NCBI RefSeq assembly: GCF_004010195.1
Contig: NC_057719.1
Location: 41,051,318 to 41,115,317, forward strand
Reading direction: 5' to 3'
DNA from: Chiloscyllium plagiosum
Taxonomy: Eukaryota
Length of the DNA: 64,000 bases
Position 1 is the first letter of the stretch. Each line of letters begins with the position of its first letter. Under the pieces are notes generated by a model. The model was not told the origin of the DNA. It did no database searches and saw only the letters and a program-made list of their open reading frames with translations. Position numbers and translations under genes: made by a program. Below, one piece after another: positions 52,675 to 63,029 of this stretch.

Positions 52675-53785
52675 AATTAAAAGCAGAAATTGCTGGAAAA
52701 TCTCAACAGGTCTAGCAACATTTGTGGAAGGAAATCAGAGTTAACGTTTCAGGTCAGATAGTCATAGAGATGTACAGCACGGAAACAGACCGTTTGGTCC
52801 ATCTCATCCATGCTGACCAGTTATCCCAACCCAATCTAGTCCCACCTGCCAGCACCCGGCCCATATCCCTCCAAACCCTTCTTATTCATATCCCCATCCA
52901 GATGCCTTTTAAATTGTTCCAGCCTCCACCACGTCCTCTGGCAGCTCATTCCATAGACACACCACCCTCTGTGTGAAAAAGTTGCCCCTTAGTTCCCTTT
53001 TAAATTGTTTCCCCTCTCACCTTAAACCTATGCCCCCTCGTTCTGGACTCCCTATCCCATGAAAAGACCTTGTCTATTTACTGTAACCATGTCCCACCAC
53101 CACCCTCTGCCTTCTACTTTCCAGTAACACTTCATCAGAACTGATGGTAGCCAGGAAAAGGATGGTTTTTATATGGAAGATAGGGTGGGGAGTGTGGGGA
53201 CAAAATAACGATAGGCAGAGATAGAATCCAAAGAGAGAGAAACACAGTTAGACAGACTAAGAAGTGGCTAAAGGTCAGTCTGAGGGAATGGATAGCTCTT
53301 AATGATGACCATTAGTAGATGACAATAGGTTATGTATGGTAACAGCCCATGTGGTGACAAGGCCTGGTGTGAGGGGATAGAAAAAAGCATGGAGAAAGGT
53401 GCTCAAGCCCTAAAATTGTTGAACTCAATATTAAATCCAGAAAGCTGCAAGGTTCCGAATTTGAAAATGTGGTGCTGTTCTTCCAGCTTGCGCTGAGCTT
53501 GTCTGCACCACTTGCAGCAAGCCTGAGACAGAGACGTTGTCCAAGGAACAGGCTGTGGTGTTGAAGTGGCAGGCAACTGGAAGCTCACAGTCCTTTTTGA
53601 TAACAGAATTTAGGTTTTCTGTGAAGCAGTCACCCAGTCTACACTTCGTTTCCCCAGTGTAGAGGAGACTACATTGTGACATTTACTCTGATTTGTCTCC
53701 AGAGACACTGCCAGACTTGCTGAGATTTTCCAGCAATTTTTGTTTTTGTTTCAGATTTCCAGCATCCAGTTCTTTTGCTTTTTAT
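52675..53785 (-). mobile_element. PLE family D: GIY-YIG C-terminus with inverted terminal repeats, split by CR1
   Basis: SQCSLLYTGETKCRLGDCFTENL...LPVACHFN, QRKLEEQHHIFKFGTLQLSGFNIEFNNFR; inverted repeats at 52675-52757 and 53683-53785. Confidence 0.85.
52759..53095 (-). mobile_element. CR1 (HER1-type) 3' end nested in the PLE hammerhead
   Basis: gtcatagagatgtacagcacggaaacagacc...atcccaacccaatctagtcccacctgccagc. Confidence 0.9.
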
Positions 53786-53865
53786 TTGTCTAGTGAATAT
53801 TAGTGAATGGGTGACTAAGTGACTGGATAACTGAATTAATTGTTTGAGTAGGTTGGTGAGATAGG

Positions 53866-54182
53866 TGTCAAGATTAGCGTGGTGCTGGAAAAGCACAGCA
53901 GGTCAGGCAACATCAGCGGCGGCACGGTGGCACAGTGGTTAGCACTGCTGCCTCACAGCGCCAGAGACCTTAGCGTGGTGCTGGAAAAGCACAGCAGGTC
54001 AGGCAACATCAGAGGAGTAGGAAAATCGACGTTTCAGGCAGAAGTGCTTCATCAGGATGAAAGGCTCCTGCCCGGAACATCGATTTTCCTGCTCCTCGGA
54101 TGCTGCCTGACCTGCTGTGCTTTTCCAGCACCACTCTAATCTTGACTCTAATCACCACCATCAGCAGTCCTCACTTTCGCCT
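53866..54182. mobile_element. PLE family A fold-back element containing a captured SINE head (53917-53969)
   Basis: Inverted arms meeting at ttcatcaggatgaa (~54055); 43-bp exact direct repeat at 53874-53916 and 53970-54012. Confidence 0.9.
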
Positions 54183-54367
54183 GGCAGTGCTATCTAGTGC
54201 CAATATCCTTCTCTGTTGCTTGATACTCAACCTTCATTGATTTGATAGCACGTAGTATACGTTCAGCTAAGCCATTTGAGCATAGCTAGTGGGGTGATAA
54301 GATGCTACGGGTCACTCCCAGTTTAGTACACAGCTTGAAACTTTGCCATTGTATTTCAGTCCATTTT

Positions 54368-54835
54368 CAGGATATTGCCAGGGTTGGAGGATTTGAGCTA
54401 TAGGGAGAGGTTGAATAGGCTAGGGCTATTTTCCCCGGAGCGTCGGAGGCTGAGAGGTGACCTGATAGAAGTTCATAAAATCATGAGGGACATAGATAGG
54501 ATAAATAGACGATGTCTTTTCACTGGGGTGGGGGAGTCCAGAACTAGAGGGCATAGGTTTAGATTGAGAGGGAAAGATATAAAAGAGACCTGAGGGGCCA
54601 ATTTTGCACGCAGAGGGTGGTACTTGAATGGAATGAGCTGCCAGAGGAAGTGTTGGAGGCTGGTAAAATTACAACATTTAAAAGGCATTTGGATGGGTAT
54701 ATGAATAGGAAGGGTTTGGAAGGATCTGGGCTGGGTGCTGGCAGGTGGGACTAGATTGGGTTGGGATATCTGGTCGGCATGGACAGATTGGACTGAAGGG
54801 TCTGTTTCCATGCTGTACATCTCTATGACTCTATG
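54368..54835 (+). mobile_element. CR1 (HER1-type) 3' fragment
   Basis: PGLEDLSYRERLNRLGLFSPERRRLRGDLIEVHKIM; ATGACTCT tail. Confidence 0.95.
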
Positions 54836-55080
54836 TTGCTATGGGTCTGAAGTCACATGTCGGCCAGACCAAGAAAGGATGGCAGTTTCCTTTCTCTAAA
54901 AGGCAGTAGGGAAACGGATGAAATTTTCTGACAATCAGCAATGGATTAAAGGTCATTATTAGACTCTTAATTCCAAATTTTCTTTTTATTGAGTTCAAAC
55001 TCCACCACATGTTATAGTGGGATTCAAACCCAGGTCCTTATAACATTATCTGGGATAATACCACTAGGCTATCACTTCCC
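54836..55080 (-). mobile_element. tRNA-derived SINE (22881 family)
   Basis: gtcacatgtcggccagaccaagaaaggatggcagtttcc...gggattcaaacccagg...ataataccactaggc. Confidence 0.8.
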
Positions 55081-55442
55081 TAAGTATTGAAAACATTCAT
55101 CTTCAGCAGTTTGCAATTGCAACTATCCTCATTGGCTCTGGCCACATTGAATCAGACTAACGGTGAGAATGCCTTCAACTTTGTATTCAATAGCATCAAC
55201 ATGTACATCAAGCAGAATACCTTGGTCTTTGTGTGAGCTTAAAAAACTGCTCAGTGTGTCAGCTGTAATTGTCCTGGAAGCTAGCTTATATTCCACTTCT
55301 GAAACATATTCTTGTAGATTGATGAATGATTCTATTGCTTGACATATGGTTGTTTCCATCACAATAGGTGCCTTTGAATCTCAAAAGATGTGACTGTACT
55401 GAGCACATGGATGCAGCCAAGGATACAAACAGAGAGAAGAGA

Positions 55443-56664
55443 GATTCTGGGATTAGTGGTGTTGGAAGAGCACAGCAGTTCAGGCAGCATCCAAGGAGCA
55501 GCGAAATCGACGTTTCAGGCAAAGGCCCTTCATCAGGAATAAAGGCAGAGAGTCTGAAGCGTGGAGAGATAAGCTAGAGGAGGGGGGGGGTGGGGAGAAG
55601 TAGCATAGAGTACAATAGGTGAGTGGGGGAGGGGATGAAGGTGATAGGTTAGGGAGGAGGGTGGAGTGGATANNNNNNNNNNNNNNNNNNNNNNNNNNNN
55701 NNNNNNNNNNNNNNNNNNNNNNNNNNNNNNNNNNNNNNNNNNNNNNNNNNNNNNNNNNNNNNNNNNNNNNNNNNNNNNNNNNNNNNNNNNNNNNNNNNNN
55801 NNNNNNNNNNNNNNNNNNNNNNNNNNNNNNNNNNNNNNNNNNNNNNNNNNNNNNNNNNNNNNNNNNNNNNNNNNNNNNNNNNNNNNNNNNNNNNNNNNNN
55901 NNNNNNNNNNNNNNNNNNNNNNNNNNNNNNNNNNNNNNNNNNNNNNNNNNNNNNNNNNNNNNNNNNNNNNNNNNNNNNNNNNNNNNNNNNNNNNNNNNNN
56001 NNNNNNNNNNNNNNNNNNNNNNNNNNNNNNNNNNNNNNNNNNNNNNNNNNNNNNNNNNNNNNNNNNNNNNNNNNNNNNNNNNNNNNNNNNNNNNNNNNNN
56101 NNNNNNNNNNNNNNNNNNNNNNNNNNNNNNNNNNNNNNNNNNNNNNNNNNNNNNNNNNNNNNNNNNNNNNNNNNNNNNNNNNNNNNNNNNNNNNNNNNNN
56201 NNNNNNNNNNNNNNNNNNNNNNNNNNNNNNNNNNNNNNNNNNNNNNNNNNNNNNNNNNNNNNNNNNNNNNNNNNNNNNNNNNNNNNNNNNNNNNNNNNNN
56301 NNNNNNNNNNNNNNNNNNNNNNNNNNNNNNNNNNNNNNNNNNNNNNNNNNNNNNNNNNNNNNNNNNNNNNNNNNNNNNNNNNNNNNNNNNNNNNNNNNNN
56401 NNNNNNNNNNNNNNNNNNNNNNNNNNNNNNNNNNNNNNNNNNNNNNNNNNNNNNNNNNNNNNNNNNNNNNNNNNNNNNNNNNNNNNNNNNNNNNNNNNNN
56501 NNNNNNNNNNNNNNNNNNNNGAGGTCCAGGAGGGGGAGGGAGGTGTCAGAGATGGTCCAGGTAAATTTAAGGTCAGGGTGGAATGTGTTGGTGAAGTTGA
56601 TGAATTGCTCAACCTTCTCGCGGGAGCACGAGGTGGCGCCAATGCAGTCATCAATGTAGCGGAG
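55443..56664 (-). mobile_element. PLE family A, RT to terminal repeat, spanning an assembly gap; hammerhead at 55509-55536
   Basis: LRYIDDCIGATSCSREKVEQFINFTNTFHPDLKFTWTISDTSLPLLDL (PLE RT YIDD..H..LKFT...LPFLD); minus strand CTGATGA-A-GGGC-CTTT-GCCT-GAAA-CGTC. Confidence 0.9.
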
Positions 56665-57493
56665 GAGAGAGAGAGAGAGACAGAGGAAGAGAGGTAGTTC
56701 TGTTACTGCTGGACAATTGGTAGCTACCAAGTGAAGTATTTTGAGAAGCCAAGATGAGCTTGTGTAATGGCACTGCAGTGTGATTCTGTCAATGCACATC
56801 AGTCTCCAAAGATTCAGAGCTCATAAGGTCTGCGCCATTATAATGTGTTCCTCCCGCTCAATACCTGTGACCACCATCTACCTCAAACCTATTTATATTC
56901 TTCTAATAAAATGATGGTAAGTAGGTAAATAGCCACAGTTGACACAGGACTCCAGGCATCTCTCTGTATTAGAGAGAGGCAGTTGGTATACAGCTTGAAG
57001 AACACCATTTCACAACAAGCTTATGACAAGTCAGGGAGACAGGCCTCCATAAACTATCACCACCATCATTCTGCTCCACATTCTAGCCATCTAAACTATT
57101 TCCTCTCTAATAACATGTAAGAATGTAATTTAAGTAACATCATCAGAATGATGGGCTACATAAAGCTTTGCAGAAATATAGTGGATTGAGGCAATGAAAC
57201 CATCCATTGACCCATTTGCTGACTGGCCAGAATGTGGAACTGAAGTAATTAGAAAACACACATGCCTAGCTGGAACCTCAGCCATGATCATAATGAATGG
57301 TGGTGCTGGCTCGAAGGGCAGAATGGCCTACTCCTGAACCTATTGTCTATTGTCAAAAGCTGACTAACAGCTGAAAATAAATGATGCAGATCTTAAATGA
57401 CGGACAATGTTAAAAGGCCATGACACATGGAAGCAGATACACAGGCTTTCAATGTTAAACAGCAGACATAGATGTTAGGTCTGAAACGTACAT

Positions 57494-57768
57494 TTAGATT
57501 AGATTACTTACAGTGTGGAAACAGGCCCTTCAGCCCAACAAGTCCACACCGACCCTCCGACCCATTCCCCTACACCACGGGCAATTTAGGATGGCCAATT
57601 CACCTAACCTGCACATCTTTGGACTGTGGGAGGAAACCAGAGCACCCGGAGGAAACCCACGTAGACACGGGGAGAATGTGCAAACTCCACACAGACAGTT
57701 GCCCGAGGCGGGAATTGAACCCAGGTCTCCGGTGCTGTGAGGCAGCAGTGCTGACCACTGTGCCACCA
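57494..57768 (-). mobile_element. HE1-type V-SINE, near full length
   Basis: Minus strand A box tggcacagtgg, B box ggttcaattcc, V domain, (TAATC)n tail. Confidence 0.92.
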
Positions 57769-58825
57769 TCTTCTTTATCTATCTTCAGGCAGGGTAGCAG
57801 TATCCTGGTAAGTGGTAAGTGATAAAGGTGATGGGGCCCTCTAATAAAATGCTACTGCCAAAAACACATGCCAATCAGCTTCTCTACCGGTGAACTGGCT
57901 TGATCGTCATCTATGCATCATGCATCAAGCTGTTTAAGTGAATTGGGGGCAGTGTGGCCAAGTACCCTCCCATCCTCATGAAATTTTCTTTACTTCTGCC
58001 CAGTTATTTGTCATGAGCATCAATGGCATGGGAAAAGTGGCACAGCCAAATACGGCTTTGGTCAAAGATGGGAAAGGTGAATGTAACCAGAGGTCAATTA
58101 TACAATGTCCTTCTGGTTGAGAATCATTTCCACTACTTTAGAGTCACAGAATATGTAACATGTGTTGGGAATTTAAAGGAATTTCTGCATAGTGATATAA
58201 TAGGTTTCTACCTTGGGATGCCATTGTATCTGTACTTTCAGAATGAGGGTGATTAGAACAATAGAAGGGAAAGGATCAAAACCAGAAAACTGTAGCAACA
58301 TTTACGCAGCCAACACTTGGCTGCAGTTGGCCTTAGCACAGGATCTACAGATCAATCAGGACCTTTATCATTAGCAATAAAGACAACGAAGATTGTGCTT
58401 TCAAATGAGCAACTTTGCAGAGCTATTCCGGCTGTTGGAACTTGACCAACAAGCTCTTTTCATCAAGGACAGAGCCATCTGGGAAAAGATGAGATAGTGA
58501 AAGGTGTGGAGTCGCAATGCAATGCTTATCAATGTAGGCTAACTGTATATTTTCTCCCATTCGGGATTATCTATCCTGCTCATCAAAACCGATGGGACTG
58601 ATGGAAAATGAGGGGAACCTGCTTCAGCGCTGACACCCTTTTGGAAGCTAAGGGAAGCAGTAAGCTGGGTTCACATGGATCTTGTGGCATAGCGGTAATG
58701 TCCCTACCTCTGGGACAGTACGCCTGAGTTTAAGGACCACCTGCTCTAGAGGTGTGTAATAATATCTGAAAACGTTGATTCGAAAAATTCTATATTTAAA
58801 GTAGGTTTATTTAGAAACATTGGTA

Positions 58826-59154
58826 CAAGTATACAATCCTGTATCCGAAATTCCGTCATCCGAAAATCTCCAAAATCTGAATTTTATTTTGTTTAACAAG
58901 GTTGTTTGGCATGCAAACAGGTGACCCAACTCCACACTCACTTGACCCATGTCACTTAGATGTGACACGGCAGCGTGGCCCAGCACTGTCAGGCATCAGT
59001 TGTGCCTCAGTGCTTGTACTAGTCACACATGGATCTGCTGTTTGGTAATTTTTTTTATTTCACTGTGAAAATGTAATTTATTCTGAAATCCGAAAAATTC
59101 TGAAATCTGAAAACAATTGGCTCCAGGGATTTTCGCTAAAGGATTATGAACCTG
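58826..59154. mobile_element. Non-autonomous Tc1/pogo (Tigger-like) MITE
   Basis: TA on both sides; imperfect TIRs caagtatacaatcctgtatccgaaa / caggttcataatcctttagcgaaaa; subterminal (AAATCCGA)-like repeats at both ends. Confidence 0.7.
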
Positions 59155-59830
59155 TACTATTAAAGCCATTGTAACACAGATTTTGTGCATTCTCTGGTCT
59201 TGTTTCTGGTGCATGGTCAGATCAACAAAGGGTTACGGAAGTTTATTAGTTTTCTGCATCCTTCATAATTTAGGAACATAGGACAACAAACCGTTCAGGT
59301 CATTGTGATTTTTCTACCATTCAATGTGATCACATTGAATCTGTATCTTCATTCATCTAATTGCTTCAGCTGTTTTATACCATTAGGTAAAAAAAATTAA
59401 AGTTATTAATTAGAACAAGCATTTACAGCTTTTTGTGGGTGAGAGGTCCATAGTCTAGCCTTCTAATGCAACAAATGCTGCTGGGGTAGCCATGCCTGAC
59501 TGGGATTCCTGAGCCACTTCAGTTGATGCTTAACACAGTATTGGCACCACAGCATTAAACTATCATCTACTGAGAAGGAAGGCAACCGTATTCTATCACT
59601 GTCTACAGACAGTGTTTGCTACTTTATGAGAGAACACTGAAAAGATCCCAATAAGACAAATAGATTTTTAAAACAGTTTGAGAGCCAAATTGGAGCTCAG
59701 TTGATGCACAATTTACTCACAATCTTGATGTTGAGAACTTTTGAAAGAGGCCAATCTGAGGTTGGATTAATTGTTTGCTGGCAAATACCAGGAAACCAAT
59801 TGAGGCCAATTAGATTTAACTAAGGTGCAG

Positions 59831-60003
59831 CAGGTCAGGTGAATTGGCCATGCTAAATTGCCCGGAGTGTTAGGTGCATTAATCAGGGGTAAATAGAGGA
59901 TAGGGGAATGGGTCTGGTTGGGTTACTCTTCAAAGGGTTGGTATGGACTTGTTGGGCTGAAGGGCCTGTTTCCTTACTGTAGGGAATCTAACCTAATCTA
60001 ATC
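59831..60003 (+). mobile_element. HE1-type SINE, 3' half
   Basis: caggtcaggtgaattggccatgctaaattgccc...agggcctgtttcc...taatctaacctaatcta. Confidence 0.88.
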
Positions 60004-61410
60004 AAAAATCTATTAAAGTCCCATTCCTTGGTAACTGGAAATTTTCTAAATGGGCTGCCCTTCCAAAATGATGGCCAGCATGTTACTGTTGTATATGGGA
60101 CTGGAAAGCTCTGAAATAGTTAAGATTTGATTGATTGCAATTAACAGCACCTACATTAGAAATGGGTGGAGAGTGAGACACGAACATATCGGAGAGTAAG
60201 GCTATGCCCTCCAATAACTTTTGTTGTGATGTAGAGCCTATTTTTATAACCTGTAAGTTATTGCAGGGATGCTTTACCTACTTTACTATACAAGGCTTGT
60301 CTCATTAAAACATGTAAGACTGGGTGCAGGTTTGCTCACTGAGCTGGAAGGTTAATTTCCAGATGTTTCATCACTCTACTAGATAACGTCTCCAGTGGCC
60401 TCCAGGTGAAGCACTGTTGATAATTCCTGCTTTCTATTTATATGTTTGGGTTTCTTTGGGTGGGTGATGTCATTTCCTGTGGTGATGTCATTTTCATGGT
60501 GATGTCCCGCTCTTTTTCTCAGGGTATGGTAGATGGGTTCTAACTCGATGGGTTTGTTGATAGAGTTCCGGTTGGAATGCCATGCTTCTAGGATTCTTGC
60601 GCATGTCTTTGTTTGGCTTGTCCTAAGATGGATGTGTTGTTCCAATTGAAGTGGTGTCCTTCCTCATCTGTATGTAAGGATACTAGTGAGAGAGGGTCAT
60701 GTTGTTTTGAGGCTAGTTGATGTTTATGTATCCTGGTGGCTAGTTGTTTGTCCAATGTAGTGTTTGTTACAGTCCTTGCATGGTATTTTGTAAATAACAT
60801 TAGTTTTGCTTGTTGTCTCTATAGGGCCTTTCAAGTTCATTAGCTGCTGTTTTAGTGTGTTGGTGGTTTGTGGGCTACCGTGATGCCAAGGGGTCTGAGT
60901 AGTCTGGCGGTCATTACCAAGATGTCTTTGATGTAGGGGAGAGTGCCTAGGGTTTCTGGACACATTTTGTCTGCTTGTTTGGGTTTGTTGCTGAGAAATC
61001 TGCTGACTGTGTTCATCTACAGGAAACAAACACATACAGACCAAATATTGAACTATAGGAACAATCACCCCAACATCCACAAATGAAGCCACATCAGAAC
61101 ATTATTCCAACGAGCCATCACACACTGCAGCACAGAGGAACTACGCAGAGAAGAGAAAAATCATCTATAACGTGTATTCAAAAAGGATGGGTACCCAATG
61201 AACACAGTCCGCAGATTTCTCAGCAACAGACCCAAACAAGCATAGAAAACGCGTCCAGAAACCCGAGCAACTCTCCCTTACATTAAAGACCTCTCGGAAA
61301 TGTCTGCCAGACTACTCAGACCCCTTGGCATCATGGTAGCCCACAAACCCACCAACACACTAAAACAGCAGCTAATGAATTGAAAGACCTATAGAGACAA
61401 CAAGCAAAAC

Positions 61411-62199
61411 TAATTCAGATAAATGTGAGGTGCTGCATTTTGGGAAAGCAAATCTTAACAGGACTTAGACACTTAATGGTAAGGTCCTAGGGAGTGTTGC
61501 TGAACAAAGAAACCTTGGAATGCAGGTTCATAGCTCCTTGAAAGTGGAGTCACAGGTAGATAGGATAGTGAAGAAGGTGTTTGGTATGCTTTCCTTTATT
61601 GGTCAGAGTATTGAATACAGGAGTTGGGAGGTCATGTTGTGGCTGTACAGGACATTGGTTAGGCCACTGTTGGAATATTGTGTGCAATACTGGTCTCCTT
61701 CCTATCGGAAAGTTGTTGTGAAACTTGAAAGGGTTCATAAAAGATTTACAAGGATGTTGCCGGGGTTGGAGGATTTAAGTAAAGGGAGAGGCTGAACAGG
61801 CTGGGGCTGTTTTCCCTGGAGCGTCAGAGGCTGAGGGGTGACCTTATAGAGGTTTACAAAATTATGAGGGGCATGGATAGGATAAATAGACTTTTCCCTG
61901 GGTTGGGGAGTCCAGAACTAGAGGGCATAGGTTTGGGGTGAGAGGGGAAAGATATAAAAGGGACCTAAGGGGCATCTTCACACAGAGGGTGTACGAAATG
62001 AGCTGCCAGAGGAAGTGGTAGTGGCTGGTACAATTGCAACATTTAAAAGGTATTTGGATGGGTATATGAATAGGAAGGATTTGGAGGGATATGGGTTGTG
62101 TGCTGGCAGGTGGGAATAGATTAGGTTGGGATACCTGGTCGGTATGGACGGGTTGGACTGAAGTGTCTGTTTCTGTGCTGTACATATCTGTGACTCTAA
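61411..62199 (+). mobile_element. CR1 (HER1-type) copy nested in the PLE GIY-YIG motif
   Basis: ORF 61520..61795 LVRPLLEYCVQYWSPSYRK; host aaaactaat...gttatatacaaaat is interrupted; CTAAT at both junctions. Confidence 0.95.
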
Positions 62200-62621
62200 T
62201 GTTATATACAAAATACTAGTGCAAGGCCTGTAACAAAAACTACATTGGACAAACAGACAGAAAACTAGCCACCAGAACATCAACTAGCCACAAAATGACA
62301 TGACCCTCTCTCATTACTATCCTTACATACAGATGAGGAAGGACACCACTTCGACTGGGCCAACACATCCATTCTCGGACAAGCCAAACAGAGACATACA
62401 CGAGAATTCCTAGAAGCATGGCATTCCAACCAGAACTCTATCAACAAACACATCGAGTTCGACCCCATCTACCACACCCTGAGAAAAAGAATGGGAAATG
62501 AGATCACCACAGGAAATGACATCACCACAGGAAATGACATCACCAGCCCAAAGAAACCAACCATATAAATAGAAAGCAGGAATTATCAACAGTGCTTCGC
62601 CTGGAGGCCCACTGAAGATGT

Positions 62622-62708
62622 GTGGTTGGATGCTGCCTGAACTGCTGTGCTCTTCCAGCACCACTGATCCAGAATCTGGTTTCCAGCGTCTGCAGTCATT
62701 GTTTTTAC
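62622..62708 (+). mobile_element. PLE family A 3' tail inserted in the family C hammerhead
   Basis: 14-bp TSD CCCACTGAAGATGT at 62608-62621 and 62709-62722. Confidence 0.9.
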
Positions 62709-63029
62709 CCCACTGAAGATGTTACCTGCTAAGGTGATAAAACGTCTGGAAATGAACCTCTCAGCTCAGTGAGCAAAGCTACACCCAGAACCTCAATCTG
62801 AGCTACAAATCTTCTCACAACTCACATGTAAGACTCTAAGTAATCCATATGTTTAGAAGGTATGAAGGTTAGTGCACATTCAAAATGGTGAGCAATGTGG
62901 GATCTGAAGATTTAATTTAGCAACACTAACTGCAGAGAGACGAATATGTTGCCAATTCAGAGAACCTCAAGGAAAGCAGATACTGCTGATTGCTCAGGAC
63001 AATGCACCTAACAAAATGCCTCAGAGCAA

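Larger units (their letters stand above)
60322..62823. mobile_element. PLE family C (Penelope/Poseidon-type) inverted two-arm insertion with TSD
   Basis: KTNVIYKIPCKDCNKHYIGQT GIY-YIG motif; minus arm 60322-61016 mirrored by plus arm 61020-62823; 12-bp TSD ACATGTAAGACT at 60310-60321 and 62824-62835. Confidence 0.92.

Noticed and set aside
55480..56799. 343-439 aa ORFs in several frames
   Set aside because: Artefacts of the 848-N gap; only the PLE RT segment at 56521-56664 is meaningful
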